Origin: Escherichia phage vB_EcoM_ESCO47
Reading direction: 5' to 3' (one strand)
Sequence record: OM386662.1
Length of the DNA: 64,000 nucleotides
The position numbers and the translations under genes were made by a program. Shown piece after piece: positions 42,196 through 52,363 of this stretch (positions are counted from its first letter, which is position 1; the number at the start of each line of letters is the position of its first letter). The notes under the pieces are model-generated. The model had not been told where the DNA came from. It saw nothing but the letters and a program-made list of their open reading frames with translations, and searched no databases.

Positions 42196-42252
42196 TGTTA
42201 CCTTTTTTGCCTATGGTTTTTGGCCCTTCCAAAAAGGTCGGGCCTTTTTTAA

Positions 42253-42486
42253 TTAGAAGTCTTCTTCCTCATCCTCATCATCGTCGCCTTCAAGTTCGGC
42301 ACGCTTACCTGCTAAGGCATCCCTGACAGAAATATCATCTGTATCTTTTAATTCCGTTTCTTTTATACGTTTCTTATAATAAGCTTCCAATTCTTCAAGC
42401 CCTTCTAAGGTATGACAACTAGCAATTTTACCCATGAATTCGTCAATAGATGCTTCGTATAAAAATTGTTTAAATTCAAGTACCAT
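42253..42486 (-). CDS. Hypothetical acidic protein (uvsW.1 position)
   Basis: 77-aa ORF directly downstream of uvsW with SD AGGAG; acidic C-terminus. Confidence 0.55.
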   Translation of the reverse strand: MVLEFKQFLYEASIDEFMGKIASCHTLEGLEELEAYYKKRIKETELKDTDDISVRDALAGKRAELEGDDDEDEEEDF

Positions 42487-42511
42487 TTTTATCTCCTAAG
42501 GGCCGAAGCCC

Positions 42512-44026
42512 TTATAAATTAATTGTTTTCATTACATAGTTAAATTTCTCATCAGCGTAACGTTGGATACGATCAATACCGTGTTTTAACAAGTAATTAA
42601 GATGAGTATACTTCTTTTTAGTATTTAATGATTTAGGTTTTACACCTGCGTCATCGATGAGATCCCAAACTGTAGCAACAGCTTTAGAACCATGCTTACG
42701 AAGCACACGACCTACGGTTTGAAGTACGATAATTTTTGATTTAACACCATGGGCGAAAATAACATGATGAAGATTCTTGACTGAAATACCAGTAGAGAAT
42801 ACTCCATATGATGCGACAATAATAATGCCTTTACCATTTTCTGCCATGACTTTAAGCGCGTTACGTGTTTCAGTATCAACTTCACCTGATACGTAATAAA
42901 CTTTTTCGTATCCAAGCTCTTTAATAGCTTCAAATATTTCTTTACCGTGTGTAACATGTTTAAACATTACAAAGGCGTTCTCGTCTTTCTTAGCCAATTT
43001 GACTGAAAGTTGAGCAATCCACTTTGTACGTCGTTTTAGTCCGGTAATAATTTTAACTTCTTCTTGGTATGTTTTACCTTTTAATTTAATGGTGAATTCG
43101 TCCGGATAACGAAGGAAAATACTATTAATCTTAAGCTCAGTTACCTGTCCGTCTTCCATTAATTTAGACGTGCTAACAGGACGGAAGATTTCGCCGAACA
43201 TACCTACGTACTGCATTACATTGGCTTTTCCGTCTCTTAATGAGCCAGATAAACCGAATTTAAACATGCAATTATTTAATCCTGAGATGATTGAAGAAAT
43301 ACTTTTGCCTGTTGCTAAGTGGCATTCATCGTTCATCATCATACCGAACTGAGAGAACCATTCTTTAGGCTGCTTAACTACCGTTTGCCATGTGCCAACA
43401 ATAATTGGAGCGTCGTTTTTAGATTTGTCCACTTTATCAGCACCACCGCCAATTTTCTTAATCATCGAATGACTAAACAAGCGATAATCAACAAAATCAT
43501 TAGCCATCTGGGTTGTCAATGCTGTTGTAGGGACGATAATGAGAATTTTACCTTCATAGTTCTCTAGATAATACCGAGCTAAAAGTGCTTGGATTAGTGA
43601 TTTACCTGCTGATGTCGGAAGGTTTAAAATTCGACGACGATTAACTAGTCCTTCATATACTGCATCTTTTTGATACCAATGTGGTTCGATTTTGGCGTTG
43701 CCCGAATAAATTTCTTGTTTAGAAAGCCACGCGTCAAAATCTTCCCTGGTAAGGTCTTCGGTCTCAAAGATTTTAGGGTCAATCCATACAGAATAACTCA
43801 TATTGTTACAGAACTTTTTTATTTGTCCTACAAGTCCATATGGTAACAAACGATTGTAATCTAAAAGACGAATTCTACCATCCCAGTTCCCATATTTGTA
43901 ACGCGGGTTAAATTTATACCCGTCAGCTTCAAAGCTAAAAAAGTCACGAAGTTCGTAAAACGTACTTTCGTCGCATTCAATGCGAACGTGACTAAAATCA
44001 TAAAAATGTACTTTAATGTCAGTCAT
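42512..44026 (-). CDS. uvsW: UvsW DNA/RNA helicase
   Basis: 504-aa ORF with helicase motifs (LPTSAGKS Walker A, DECH box); matches T4 UvsW. Confidence 0.95.
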   Translation of the reverse strand: MTDIKVHFYDFSHVRIECDESTFYELRDFFSFEADGYKFNPRYKYGNWDGRIRLLDYNRLLPYGLVGQIKKFCNNMSYSVWIDPKIFETEDLTREDFDAWLSKQEIYSGNAKIEPHWYQKDAVYEGLVNRRRILNLPTSAGKSLIQALLARYYLENYEGKILIIVPTTALTTQMANDFVDYRLFSHSMIKKIGGGADKVDKSKNDAPIIVGTWQTVVKQPKEWFSQFGMMMNDECHLATGKSISSIISGLNNCMFKFGLSGSLRDGKANVMQYVGMFGEIFRPVSTSKLMEDGQVTELKINSIFLRYPDEFTIKLKGKTYQEEVKIITGLKRRTKWIAQLSVKLAKKDENAFVMFKHVTHGKEIFEAIKELGYEKVYYVSGEVDTETRNALKVMAENGKGIIIVASYGVFSTGISVKNLHHVIFAHGVKSKIIVLQTVGRVLRKHGSKAVATVWDLIDDAGVKPKSLNTKKKYTHLNYLLKHGIDRIQRYADEKFNYVMKTINL

Positions 44027-44055
44027 GTCAAATTACCATGTAATAAATATAGTTA

Positions 44056-44063
44056 TATTTATA
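44056..44063 (-). promoter_or_regulatory. Late promoter TATAAATA for uvsW
   Basis: Plus-strand tatttata, 30 nt upstream of the uvsW start. Confidence 0.5.
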
Positions 44064-44076
44064 ATGAGGAAATACC

Positions 44077-44745
44077 ATGATCGATAAAGACTATATTGAA
44101 GAGTTACGTGCTCTTTCTGATAAAAAGGAAGCCAAAGCTAAACTGTTTGAATATGCGGGACAATTTGGCATTAGTGTTAAGAAAACAAAATCATTCGATA
44201 ATATTGTTATTGATATCGAAGAAGCTCTTAACGCACTGGCTGATGAACCATTACCTGAAACTGATGGATTATCTATCACCGATTTAATTACTGCCGCAGA
44301 TGATGTAGACGGTGTTAATTTCACCAACGAAGAAGTTAAAGAAGAAGCTATTCTGTTGTTTGACTCTCCAACAGAACAAGTTGAAGTATTAGAAGTTGTC
44401 GAACAAGAAAAAGAATTCGACCATGATAAATTCGAAGAAGCAATTACTCAGGTTGTTGAATCCGAAAAAGAGCCTGAGACAGAGGTAAATAAAGAAGTAA
44501 AATTTGTTCTGCCTGAAAATTTTAGTCCTACACTCATTAAATTAGGCAAAGGCCTAGGATATGTTACTGTTCCTTGGTGGATTTATCAATGGATAACCGA
44601 AACCCCAGATTGGAAATCTCGCCCAACTAGTTTTGTGCATGCTTCTGCTCACCAAACATTATTTAGCTTAATTTATTATATTAATCGCGATGGATCAGTT
44701 CTAATTCGTGAAACTCGTAATTCTTCTTTCGTAACATTAAAATAA
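44077..44745 (+). CDS. inh: Probable Inh (inhibitor of prohead protease)
   Basis: 222-aa ORF at the T4 inh position immediately upstream of hoc; acidic N-terminal half; synteny-based. Confidence 0.6.
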   Translation: MIDKDYIEELRALSDKKEAKAKLFEYAGQFGISVKKTKSFDNIVIDIEEALNALADEPLPETDGLSITDLITAADDVDGVNFTNEEVKEEAILLFDSPTEQVEVLEVVEQEKEFDHDKFEEAITQVVESEKEPETEVNKEVKFVLPENFSPTLIKLGKGLGYVTVPWWIYQWITETPDWKSRPTSFVHASAHQTLFSLIYYINRDGSVLIRETRNSSFVTLK

Positions 44746-44754
44746 GGATAACTT

Positions 44755-45885
44755 ATGGCTTTTACAGTTGATATAACTCCTAAAACACCAACAGGGGTTA
44801 TTGATGAAACCAAACAGTTTACTGCTGCACCTAGTGGTCAGGCTGAAGGTGGAACTATTACCTATGCATGGAGTGTAGATAATGTTCCTCAGGAAGGATC
44901 AGAGGCAACTTTTGATTATGTGTTAAAAGGACCTGCTGGTCAAAAGACTATTAAGGTAGTTGCAACAAATACTATTCCTGATTCTGAAGCTGAAACAGCT
45001 GAAATTAGTACAACTATTACAGTTCAAAACAAGACACAGACAACTACCTTGGCAGTAACTCCTGATAGCCCCGCGGCTGGAGTAATCGGAACAGCCGTTG
45101 AATTTACCGCTGCTTTAGCTTCGCAGCCACCGGACGCAAACGCTACTTATCAATGGTATGTAGATGATTCTCCTGTGGACGAAGCAACTTCTGCTACATT
45201 CAATTACACTCCTACCACAAGCGGAGTTAAAACAATTAAGTGTGTGGCTCAAGTAACCGCGACAGATTATGATGCAAAGGAAGTTACTTCGAATGAAGTA
45301 TCATTAACGGTTAATAAGAAGACAATGAATCCACAGGTTACATTGACTCCTCCTTCTATTAACGTTAAGCAAGATGCTTCAGCTACATTTACCGCTAATG
45401 TCACTGATACTCCAGAAGAAGCGCAAATTGAGTATTCATGGAAGAAAGATTCTTCTCCTGTAGAAGGGACAACTAATGTATATACCGTTGATACCTCATC
45501 TATTGGAAGTCAAACTATTGAAGTTACTGTAACTGTTACTGCTACTGATTATGATAGCAAAACTATTACAGCAGAAGGTCAAGTTCAGGTAACCGATAAA
45601 GTTGCTCCGGAACCAGAAGGTGAATTACCTTATGTTCATCCTCTTCCACATCGTACTTCAGCTTACATCTGGTGCGGTTGGTGGGTTATGGATGAAATAC
45701 AAAAAATGACTGAAGAAGGTAAAGATTGGAAAACTGAAGATCCAGATAGTAAATACTACCTGCATCGTTACACTCTTCAGAAGATGATGCAAGACTATCC
45801 GGAAGTTGATGTTCAAGAATCACGTAATGGATACATCATCCATAAAACTGCTTTGGAAACTGGTATCATCTATACATATCCATAA
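44755..45885 (+). CDS. hoc: Hoc highly immunogenic outer capsid protein
   Basis: 376-aa ORF MAFTVDITPKTPTGVIDETKQFTA... with repeated Ig-like domains and C-terminal ...ETGIIYTYP; matches T4 Hoc. Confidence 0.9.
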   Translation: MAFTVDITPKTPTGVIDETKQFTAAPSGQAEGGTITYAWSVDNVPQEGSEATFDYVLKGPAGQKTIKVVATNTIPDSEAETAEISTTITVQNKTQTTTLAVTPDSPAAGVIGTAVEFTAALASQPPDANATYQWYVDDSPVDEATSATFNYTPTTSGVKTIKCVAQVTATDYDAKEVTSNEVSLTVNKKTMNPQVTLTPPSINVKQDASATFTANVTDTPEEAQIEYSWKKDSSPVEGTTNVYTVDTSSIGSQTIEVTVTVTATDYDSKTITAEGQVQVTDKVAPEPEGELPYVHPLPHRTSAYIWCGWWVMDEIQKMTEEGKDWKTEDPDSKYYLHRYTLQKMMQDYPEVDVQESRNGYIIHKTALETGIIYTYP

Positions 45886-45890
45886 TCGAA

Positions 45891-45920
45891 AGGGGCTTCG
45901 GCCCCTTTCTTCGTTTTTAA
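45891..45920 (+). terminator. Rho-independent terminator after hoc
   Basis: AGGGGC-UUCG-GCCCCU followed by U-rich tract. Confidence 0.6.
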
Positions 45921-45986
45921 AGCATACAAAACACATCTTGAGATTGATGTATATAATGGCACAAACCAAATAATACGGGATTGATT

Positions 45987-46181
45987 ATGAGAGTTGAAGT
46001 TGAAGTTTATACATTACATGAGGCGGGATTTTCATTCGTAGAAATTGCTCAAAAAATCGGTTTACAACCTAAAGAAGTTGGATTACTATGGACTAAAGCC
46101 GAGACAGCTCGGTCAAAGTTTAAAGCAAAAGAAAAAGTTGTATACCGTAAACGTCTGATTAATAAAAAGGTGAAGAAATGA
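45987..46181 (+). CDS. Hypothetical small protein
   Basis: ATG at 45987; 64 aa, basic C-terminus. Confidence 0.45.
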   Translation: MRVEVEVYTLHEAGFSFVEIAQKIGLQPKEVGLLWTKAETARSKFKAKEKVVYRKRLINKKVKK

Positions 46182-46429
46182 GTTTTGCACAGGAATTAAG
46201 AGAAAGGGCTCTGGCCACTAAAGCCAATTTGTTGAGTGATTTTATTACTAACTTCTCAGTAATAGCAGAGAAAGCTGCTGACAAAGGTCAGACATAATTC
46301 ACGTACTATCCATCAAAGAATGATTTAACTATCACCGAGCAAATCGGGCAATGGTTACGTGATAATGGCTTTCAGTATAAAATTAATCATGACCAGCGTG
46401 ATGGGCACTGGATAGAAATCAAGTTCTAA
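46178..46429 (+). pseudogene. Small ORF interrupted by in-frame TAA (39 codons + TAA + 43 open codons)
   Basis: ATG 46178 overlaps upstream stop (ATGA); frame stops at TAA 46295-46297 yet stays open with no canonical start codon until TAA 46427-46429, which abuts the rnlB middle promoter. Confidence 0.3.
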
Positions 46430-46430
46430 T

Positions 46431-46457
46431 ATGCTTTACATTTTTTGATGGTATAAT
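46431..46457 (+). promoter_or_regulatory. Middle promoter upstream of rnlB (MotA box aTGCTTTA plus TATAAT)
   Basis: MotA box 46431-46438, 13-nt spacer, TGGTATAAT ending 46457. Confidence 0.5.
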
Positions 46458-46548
46458 GAATCTAGGTTCTATCCATTCAAATTAAACATCTGGTCAGAGA
46501 CAGAGTCTCTGCTAATTATTTTGATATTATTATTTATAATGGTGATTT

Positions 46549-47547
46549 ATGTTTAAGAAATACAGCAGTCTTGAAAACCACTACAACTCTAAGTTTATTG
46601 AAAAACTCTACACTAATGGTTTGACTACTGGTGTTTGGGTAGCACGTGAGAAAATCCATGGGACTAACTTCTCGTTAATAATTGAACGTGACAACGTCAC
46701 ATGCGCCAAGCGCACAGGCCCTATTCTTCCAGCAGAAGATTTTTATGGTTATGAAATCGTACTCAAGAAGTATGATAGAGCTATTAAAGCCGTTCAGGAA
46801 TTCATGTACACAGCTCGAGCCGTATCATATCAAGTATTCGGTGAATTCGCTGGCGGTGGAATCCAGAAAGGTGTTGACTACGGTGAAAAAGATTTTTATG
46901 TGTTCGATATCCTTATCAATACAGAAAGTGGTGATAATACGTATTTGACCGATTACGAAATGCAAGATTTCTGTAATGAATTCGGTTTTAAAATGGCACC
47001 AATGCTTGGTCGTGGAACATTTGATGCTCTTATCACTATTCCAAACGACCTTGATTCCGTCTTAGCCGCTTATAATGCTACTGCGTCAGAAGACCTTGTC
47101 GAAGCAAATAATTGTGTATTTGATGCTAATGTTATTGGTGATAATACTACGGAAGGTTATGTTCTGAAGCCTTGTTTCCCTAAATGGCTGCCAAACGGTA
47201 CTCGTGTAGCTATTAAGTGCAAGAACTCTAAATTCAGTGAAAAGAAAAAGTCTGATAAGCCTATTAAAACTCAGGTTCCATTAACAGAAATTGACAAAAA
47301 CTTGCTTGATGTTCTAGCTTGTTATGTTACATTAAATCGTGTTAATAATGTTATTTCTAAGATTGGGACTGTAACGCCAAAAGATTTTGGCAAAGTGATG
47401 GGATTGACTGTTCAAGATATTCTGGAAGAAACTTCTCGTGAAGGTATTGTATTAACATCATCTGATAATCCGAATCTTGTTAAGAAAGAATTAGTCCGAA
47501 TGGTGCAAGATGTTCTGCGTCCTGCATGGATTGAATTAGTATCATAA
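46549..47547 (+). CDS. rnlB: RNA ligase 2
   Basis: 332-aa [24 protein letters not shown]...[17 protein letters not shown] (KxHG-type nucleotidyltransferase motif); matches T4 Rnl2. Confidence 0.9.
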   Translation: MFKKYSSLENHYNSKFIEKLYTNGLTTGVWVAREKIHGTNFSLIIERDNVTCAKRTGPILPAEDFYGYEIVLKKYDRAIKAVQEFMYTARAVSYQVFGEFAGGGIQKGVDYGEKDFYVFDILINTESGDNTYLTDYEMQDFCNEFGFKMAPMLGRGTFDALITIPNDLDSVLAAYNATASEDLVEANNCVFDANVIGDNTTEGYVLKPCFPKWLPNGTRVAIKCKNSKFSEKKKSDKPIKTQVPLTEIDKNLLDVLACYVTLNRVNNVISKIGTVTPKDFGKVMGLTVQDILEETSREGIVLTSSDNPNLVKKELVRMVQDVLRPAWIELVS

Positions 47548-47583
47548 CAAAAAAAAAAGGGACCGTAAGGTCCCTTTTTTTTT
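47548..47583. terminator. Bidirectional terminator between rnlB (plus) and gene 24 (minus)
   Basis: A11 - GGGACC-GUAA-GGUCCC - T9; U-run on both strands. Confidence 0.7.
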
Positions 47584-48865
47584 ATTCATCTATAATAATT
47601 TTAGGCAATTTAACACCGAGTAAAACAGACAAGTCCGAACGTCCTGCCATTTTATCCATGTCCCCGCCATCAATTATTCTCGCTTCTTTTTCATCTTTTG
47701 CTACTGTGTAAGGATTTGCTGATAAAGCATATCTAACCAATAATCCGATAGACGGTTGCAAGCTTTCTGGATCAACTACAACTTTAAATGCACCAACATG
47801 TTCCGGGTCATCTAAATCTACTCCTTCAGTGTATGGAGCATAAAAGATGGACCCTACAATTTCTTTTTCGCCGATATTTTCTACAACACCCACAACAACA
47901 TAATCTAACGGACTGTTGGTATCGCAGTAAAGAGGTAATCCATTTGCCAAGAATCCATAAGCATTTTGTGAAAGATACTTGTCATCTTCTGGCTTATGTT
48001 TTAACCAACCAGAAGCAGCAAGAATAGCAGCTGCACGAGCTGAGGCTACACAAAACGTTGCAGTATAAGTTGTCTCTTTTTGAATGTGTGATACCATTTC
48101 ACACACCATTCGATATAATGAACGACCTGCTTCTGGAGCGGATGCATAGCTCAAGTCAATAAATCCGGTGTCAGTAATTCCAGTAACTTTATAACGTTTC
48201 GATACAGTAATTAAAGACTGAAGAATATCTTTATTAATTTCATCAGCCATTTCAGTTGCAAGCAAATCTTCTAAGAAGTTAGGGGCATCAAATCCATTCG
48301 CTTCCAAGTCTTGCGCTAATTCAACCGTGAGACCAGTTTTAAGTTTACGGGATTTGACTGAAGTTTGCCATTTATTAATCTGGAATCTTGCATCCGCAAT
48401 TTTGCTATCAGAGCTTTCAAATTTGCTTGTTGACGCTGCGTCAGAAAATAGACGAACCTTTAAAAGAACGACTGCAATCTGAAGAGCTAACTCTAAGTCG
48501 CTTTCTTCAATATCAGCAAATGGAGTATCTTCTAACACTTTATAGACGATATTATTATATTTGAATAAATCGCCTTTATCGAGAGTTAATTTAGACTCTT
48601 CTGTTAATTCTGTGATTTGTTCTCGGTCTACATATCCAGCTTCGCCTGCATAAGTAGCACCAGTTTTAAATGTGAATTCGTTATCTGGGTTAAGATATTT
48701 GATACCATAAAAAGCAGCAACAGGTTGATTAGTTCTTTGTGTTGCTACAATGTCAGAATATATTAATTTGGTCGTAGCGCGAGTCAAAGCAACGAGATTT
48801 GGGCGACCAATTGAGTTGCTAGTAGACGTTGTAGATTCACGCAATAATTTTTGGATTTTACTCAT
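47582..48865 (-). CDS. 24: gp24 capsid vertex protein
   Basis: 427-aa ORF, same length as T4 gp24 and highly similar by inspection. Confidence 0.95.
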   Translation of the reverse strand: MSKIQKLLRESTTSTSNSIGRPNLVALTRATTKLIYSDIVATQRTNQPVAAFYGIKYLNPDNEFTFKTGATYAGEAGYVDREQITELTEESKLTLDKGDLFKYNNIVYKVLEDTPFADIEESDLELALQIAVVLLKVRLFSDAASTSKFESSDSKIADARFQINKWQTSVKSRKLKTGLTVELAQDLEANGFDAPNFLEDLLATEMADEINKDILQSLITVSKRYKVTGITDTGFIDLSYASAPEAGRSLYRMVCEMVSHIQKETTYTATFCVASARAAAILAASGWLKHKPEDDKYLSQNAYGFLANGLPLYCDTNSPLDYVVVGVVENIGEKEIVGSIFYAPYTEGVDLDDPEHVGAFKVVVDPESLQPSIGLLVRYALSANPYTVAKDEKEARIIDGGDMDKMAGRSDLSVLLGVKLPKIIIDE

Positions 48866-48892
48866 TGCATTTTTTCCTTATGTGATATAGAT

Positions 48893-48900
48893 TATTTATA
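48893..48900 (-). promoter_or_regulatory. Late promoter TATAAATA for gene 24
   Basis: Plus-strand tatttata, 28 nt upstream of the gene 24 start. Confidence 0.6.
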
Positions 48901-48906
48901 AAGATT

Positions 48907-48936
48907 GTTTACAACGTATTTGGTATGTGATACTAT
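48907..48936 (+). promoter_or_regulatory. Early promoter (GTTTAC-N18-TACTAT)
   Basis: gtttacaacgtatttggtatgtgatactat. Confidence 0.6.
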
Positions 48937-48966
48937 AGACTTATCAACTACAGAGGAGTAAACAAA

Positions 48967-49236
48967 ATGACTAAAGCACGTTTCTTACGAGATACTTTAA
49001 AAGTTCTGGAAGCTGAAGCAGTTAAGTTAGTAGAAAAATATGGTGCAAAAGTTAATGGTAATGCCTTCAACAAAGTATGGATGAAAGTTGATTCTGAAGC
49101 TCGAGCTAAAGGTTATTGGGCCACTGATAAACTTGCATCATTCAAAAACAAAGACGGTTCTCCAGCATATGTCCAAAAAGGTATGCCTAATTGGCAAAAT
49201 ATTTTGAAAACTTACATCGAAATTGCACAGAAATAA
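48967..49236 (+). CDS. Hypothetical early protein between genes 24 and 23
   Basis: 89-aa ORF with early promoter 48907..48936 and SD GAGGAG; opposite strand to flanking capsid genes. Confidence 0.55.
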   Translation: MTKARFLRDTLKVLEAEAVKLVEKYGAKVNGNAFNKVWMKVDSEARAKGYWATDKLASFKNKDGSPAYVQKGMPNWQNILKTYIEIAQK

Positions 49237-49246
49237 AACCAAAAAT

Positions 49247-49270
49247 GGGAGACCGAAGTCTCCCAAAAAT
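49247..49270 (-). terminator. UUCG-tetraloop hairpin terminator after gene 23
   Basis: GGGAGAC-UUCG-GUCUCCC on the minus strand followed by AUUUUUGG. Confidence 0.6.
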
Positions 49271-49289
49271 AAGATTTAATCAATTAAGA

Positions 49290-50858
49290 TTAGATGCCTT
49301 TTACATATACACGGCGGAAGTAAGCATTCTTACCAAGGCTGTTCAGGATAGACGGCGAACCGGACTGGATGCGAGCACCTGGAGCCTGCTGGGAACTTTC
49401 AGCAAACGGGTTAACACCGATACCGTAACGAGTTTTAAAGCCCATTACCGGCTGGAAGTTCTTAGGATCGGAACCACGCAGTGGGGTGAGTGCAACGTAA
49501 GGAGCATAGTAAATACCTGCATCCATTTCGTTAGCGCCTTTGTAACCAACGGTGAAGTAATCCTGTTTAGCATACTGGTCGATGTATACGCGGTATTTAC
49601 CACCAAGTACACCGGCGAATACAGACTTAGTAGTGTCGGTATTAAAACCAGAAGCCAGACCCTGTGCAGCGTAAGAAATACCAGTATCAACTGAAGCCAG
49701 TACGTTAACTACGTTACGGGAAGCGATAATGAAGTTACCTTCACCACGGCCGGTTTGACGAGCAATTTCAACTGCTTCTTTATCAATCTGGAACAACAGA
49801 GCTTTAAAGCTCTCACCAGCCCAACGAGCACCACGGATATCAATCGGATCCTGGAAGTCAAATACACCAGCTTTAGCACCAGCAGTATTGGTCATACCGG
49901 ATTTACCAACCTGTGCAGAGTAGTTAATCCAATCAACAACTTCACGGTTGATTTCAAGCATGATTTCAGTAGCCAGAATACCACTCAGTTCAGCATCTGC
50001 ATCCATACCGTGTACTGCACGAAGATCCTGTGCCAGTTCGATAGAGTAAGCAGCTTTCAACTGACGGGATTTAGCTTCGATAACTTGTTTATCGATACGG
50101 AAGCCCATTTCGTTCCAAGGGTTATCACTAGAACCATTGAAGCCTTCCTGAAGTTCAGCGATAGAAGTAGCCATACCTTCAGCGATTTCAACGAGTTTAC
50201 CAGCTTCAACTTGTTTCAGAACTTCTTCATCAAGTAGTTTAGGGGTGGTAGCTGCAGCATCAATAGTAACAGCTTCAACAGCCTGCAGATATGCAGAACC
50301 GGTTTCAGTGAAGAAATGATAATAAATGTCGCCAACTACAGTGGTCAGACCAGCTGCAACAGGAGCGAATGCTTGAGCGGCACCTTTACCAGAATACATT
50401 GCATCCGGAGCATACATCGGATGGAAAGCTTCTTTAGCACCGGCAGCGACAGGGTCTTTACCATATACTGCGCGAAGAGCAAATACCTGACCGGTAGGGC
50501 TGTTCATAGGCTGAACACCGCAAATATCAAAAGCGATCAGATTAGGGATAGCACGACGAACCATACCCATAACTGCCGGACCGATCTGGGTTACTGCACC
50601 AGAGGTTTGACCTGCTGCGATGTTCTGAGCATTATAACCGTGGTCACCGCCAATTTCTGCTTCGGTCAAGAAAGAACCAAATGCCTGAGCGATTTTTTCG
50701 TCTTTATATTCAGGGGATACTTCGAAATCTTTTTCCTGGTTTTCGAAGATTTTAGCGATAATAGCCTGCTTGCTATTAGCGATTTCCGGCAGGCCTTCAC
50801 CTTCCAGCAGTTCTTTCCATTTGTCTACGAGCTGAGCTTTAGTTTTGATAGTAGTCAT
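49290..50858 (-). CDS. 23: gp23 major capsid protein
   Basis: 522-aa ORF; HK97-fold major capsid protein sequence closely matching T4 gp23. Confidence 0.97.
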   Translation of the reverse strand: MTTIKTKAQLVDKWKELLEGEGLPEIANSKQAIIAKIFENQEKDFEVSPEYKDEKIAQAFGSFLTEAEIGGDHGYNAQNIAAGQTSGAVTQIGPAVMGMVRRAIPNLIAFDICGVQPMNSPTGQVFALRAVYGKDPVAAGAKEAFHPMYAPDAMYSGKGAAQAFAPVAAGLTTVVGDIYYHFFTETGSAYLQAVEAVTIDAAATTPKLLDEEVLKQVEAGKLVEIAEGMATSIAELQEGFNGSSDNPWNEMGFRIDKQVIEAKSRQLKAAYSIELAQDLRAVHGMDADAELSGILATEIMLEINREVVDWINYSAQVGKSGMTNTAGAKAGVFDFQDPIDIRGARWAGESFKALLFQIDKEAVEIARQTGRGEGNFIIASRNVVNVLASVDTGISYAAQGLASGFNTDTTKSVFAGVLGGKYRVYIDQYAKQDYFTVGYKGANEMDAGIYYAPYVALTPLRGSDPKNFQPVMGFKTRYGIGVNPFAESSQQAPGARIQSGSPSILNSLGKNAYFRRVYVKGI

Positions 50859-50875
50859 TTGTGTTAACCTTTAAA

Positions 50876-51688
50876 TTAGAAACGAGATGCGACTTTCGCA
50901 TATAAACTTACATTAGAATTCTGTTCTACCGGAGTTTCGGTATTCCCAACTGCTTCGGTAACAAAATTAAGACCGGCAGCGTCATTGTCAACGGTATTTA
51001 TACTTTCAGTAATGGCGGTTTCTTCTTTAGTAGAACCTTTAACCATTTCTACGATAGCCGACAGTTTAGTACCAAATACGTCGGAATAATCCATTCCTTC
51101 AACCAGACCAATAACTTTTTCTTTCTGAGATTCGGTCAGGTCTTTAACGCTTTCAATAATAGCGGTTTCACGCTGAACGTAATTAATATACGCATCACGT
51201 TTGGTAACTTCTTCGAACAAATGAGCAGTTTCTGCTTTATGTTCAGCCAGCTCTTCTTCCATTTCTGCAACTACATCAACGGATTCTTCTGGAACAACAA
51301 CATTGTGTTCAACGAACAGTTCTTTAAGACCACCAAGCATGGATTCGAACAAATCAGCTTTAATGCCTTTATCGACTGCGATTTGGTTTTCGGCAAGCCA
51401 TTCTTTGGCAAGATGATCAAGGAATTTAGAAGCTTGTTCAGTCAATTTTTTATCAGCTTTGTCTTCAGCGTCTTCCTTAGCCTTTTCAACTTCCTCTTCG
51501 GCTTTTTCTGCAATAGCTTTGATATGGGATTCAGCCAGTTTAACGGCTTCCTGCTTAACGGTGGCTTCGAATACAGTGCTGAAATTAGCTTTAACGTCCG
51601 GAGACAGGTCAACTGATTCGAAAACACTATTAAGAGCAACTGAAGTCTCGATATTCTGAGCTTCTTTCAAAAGTTGTTCTTTAATCAT
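50876..51688 (-). CDS. 22: gp22 prohead core scaffold protein
   Basis: 270-aa ORF, Glu/Lys/Ala-rich, ...VYAKVASRF end as in T4 gp22. Confidence 0.9.
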   Translation of the reverse strand: MIKEQLLKEAQNIETSVALNSVFESVDLSPDVKANFSTVFEATVKQEAVKLAESHIKAIAEKAEEEVEKAKEDAEDKADKKLTEQASKFLDHLAKEWLAENQIAVDKGIKADLFESMLGGLKELFVEHNVVVPEESVDVVAEMEEELAEHKAETAHLFEEVTKRDAYINYVQRETAIIESVKDLTESQKEKVIGLVEGMDYSDVFGTKLSAIVEMVKGSTKEETAITESINTVDNDAAGLNFVTEAVGNTETPVEQNSNVSLYAKVASRF

Positions 51689-51718
51689 TTTAGTGTCCTG
51701 TGGTTTAGATTACATTAT

Positions 51719-51726
51719 TATTTATA
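51719..51726 (-). promoter_or_regulatory. Late promoter TATAAATA for gene 22
   Basis: Plus-strand tatttata, 31 nt upstream of the gene 22 start, inside the 3' end of gene 21. Confidence 0.55.
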
Positions 51727-52363
51727 ATGCTTTTAAACTCTCTGCGAGAGCTTTAAATGCTTCATCAGCACTGTTTTTGGTGGAATCCACCATTGTTTCT
51801 GATTCTGAAATTTGTTTTGGAGTAACCCAAGCATCTGGAGCAGAAGGTCCCCATACGGCGTCAACGCCTACGGTTAATTTAAAACCTTCGTTAACAATAC
51901 GGTATCCTTTGTTGGTTTCAGTTAAAGAACCTAGACCACGAGAGGAAACGCCTGGAATCCAACCTGCACGTATATTAGCTGCTAATTTATCACCGGGACC
52001 ATGGTCACCTTCAATAATTCTAGCACGCCCATATACATCATTTCCTTTCCACCACATATCTTCGATAATGATAGCGGCTTGCATAGGGTCAACGTTTGCA
52101 CGAGGTGGATGATTTAATTCTCCAAGGGCTTGTTTAGTAACAACTTGCTCTTTAATATAATCCGAAACAGCTTTTTCTAAAACACGTTTAGGATATAAGC
52201 GTTTATTACGGTTAACTACTTCCGCCTGAAGAAAAATACCTTCTATATAAAGCCCTGGTTTTAAGCCAGAATCTTTTCCATCGTGAGATTCCAACATTGG
52301 AACACCGTCGATAATCTCACCGGGTTGACCCCAAGTTTCAATAAGTAACTCGGGAGTATTCAT
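51722..52363 (-). CDS. 21: gp21 prohead core protease
   Basis: 213-aa ORF ...LLIETWGQPGEIIDGVPMLESHDGKD...; matches T4 gp21. Confidence 0.9.
   Translation of the reverse strand: MNTPELLIETWGQPGEIIDGVPMLESHDGKDSGLKPGLYIEGIFLQAEVVNRNKRLYPKRVLEKAVSDYIKEQVVTKQALGELNHPPRANVDPMQAAIIIEDMWWKGNDVYGRARIIEGDHGPGDKLAANIRAGWIPGVSSRGLGSLTETNKGYRIVNEGFKLTVGVDAVWGPSAPDAWVTPKQISESETMVDSTKNSADEAFKALAESLKAL

Noticed and set aside
50859-50960. Late promoter for gene 23
   Set aside because: No exact TATAAATA (minus-strand sense) was found in the 100 nt upstream of the gene 23 start; gene 23 may be served by the gene 22 promoter or a variant box, so no promoter is called
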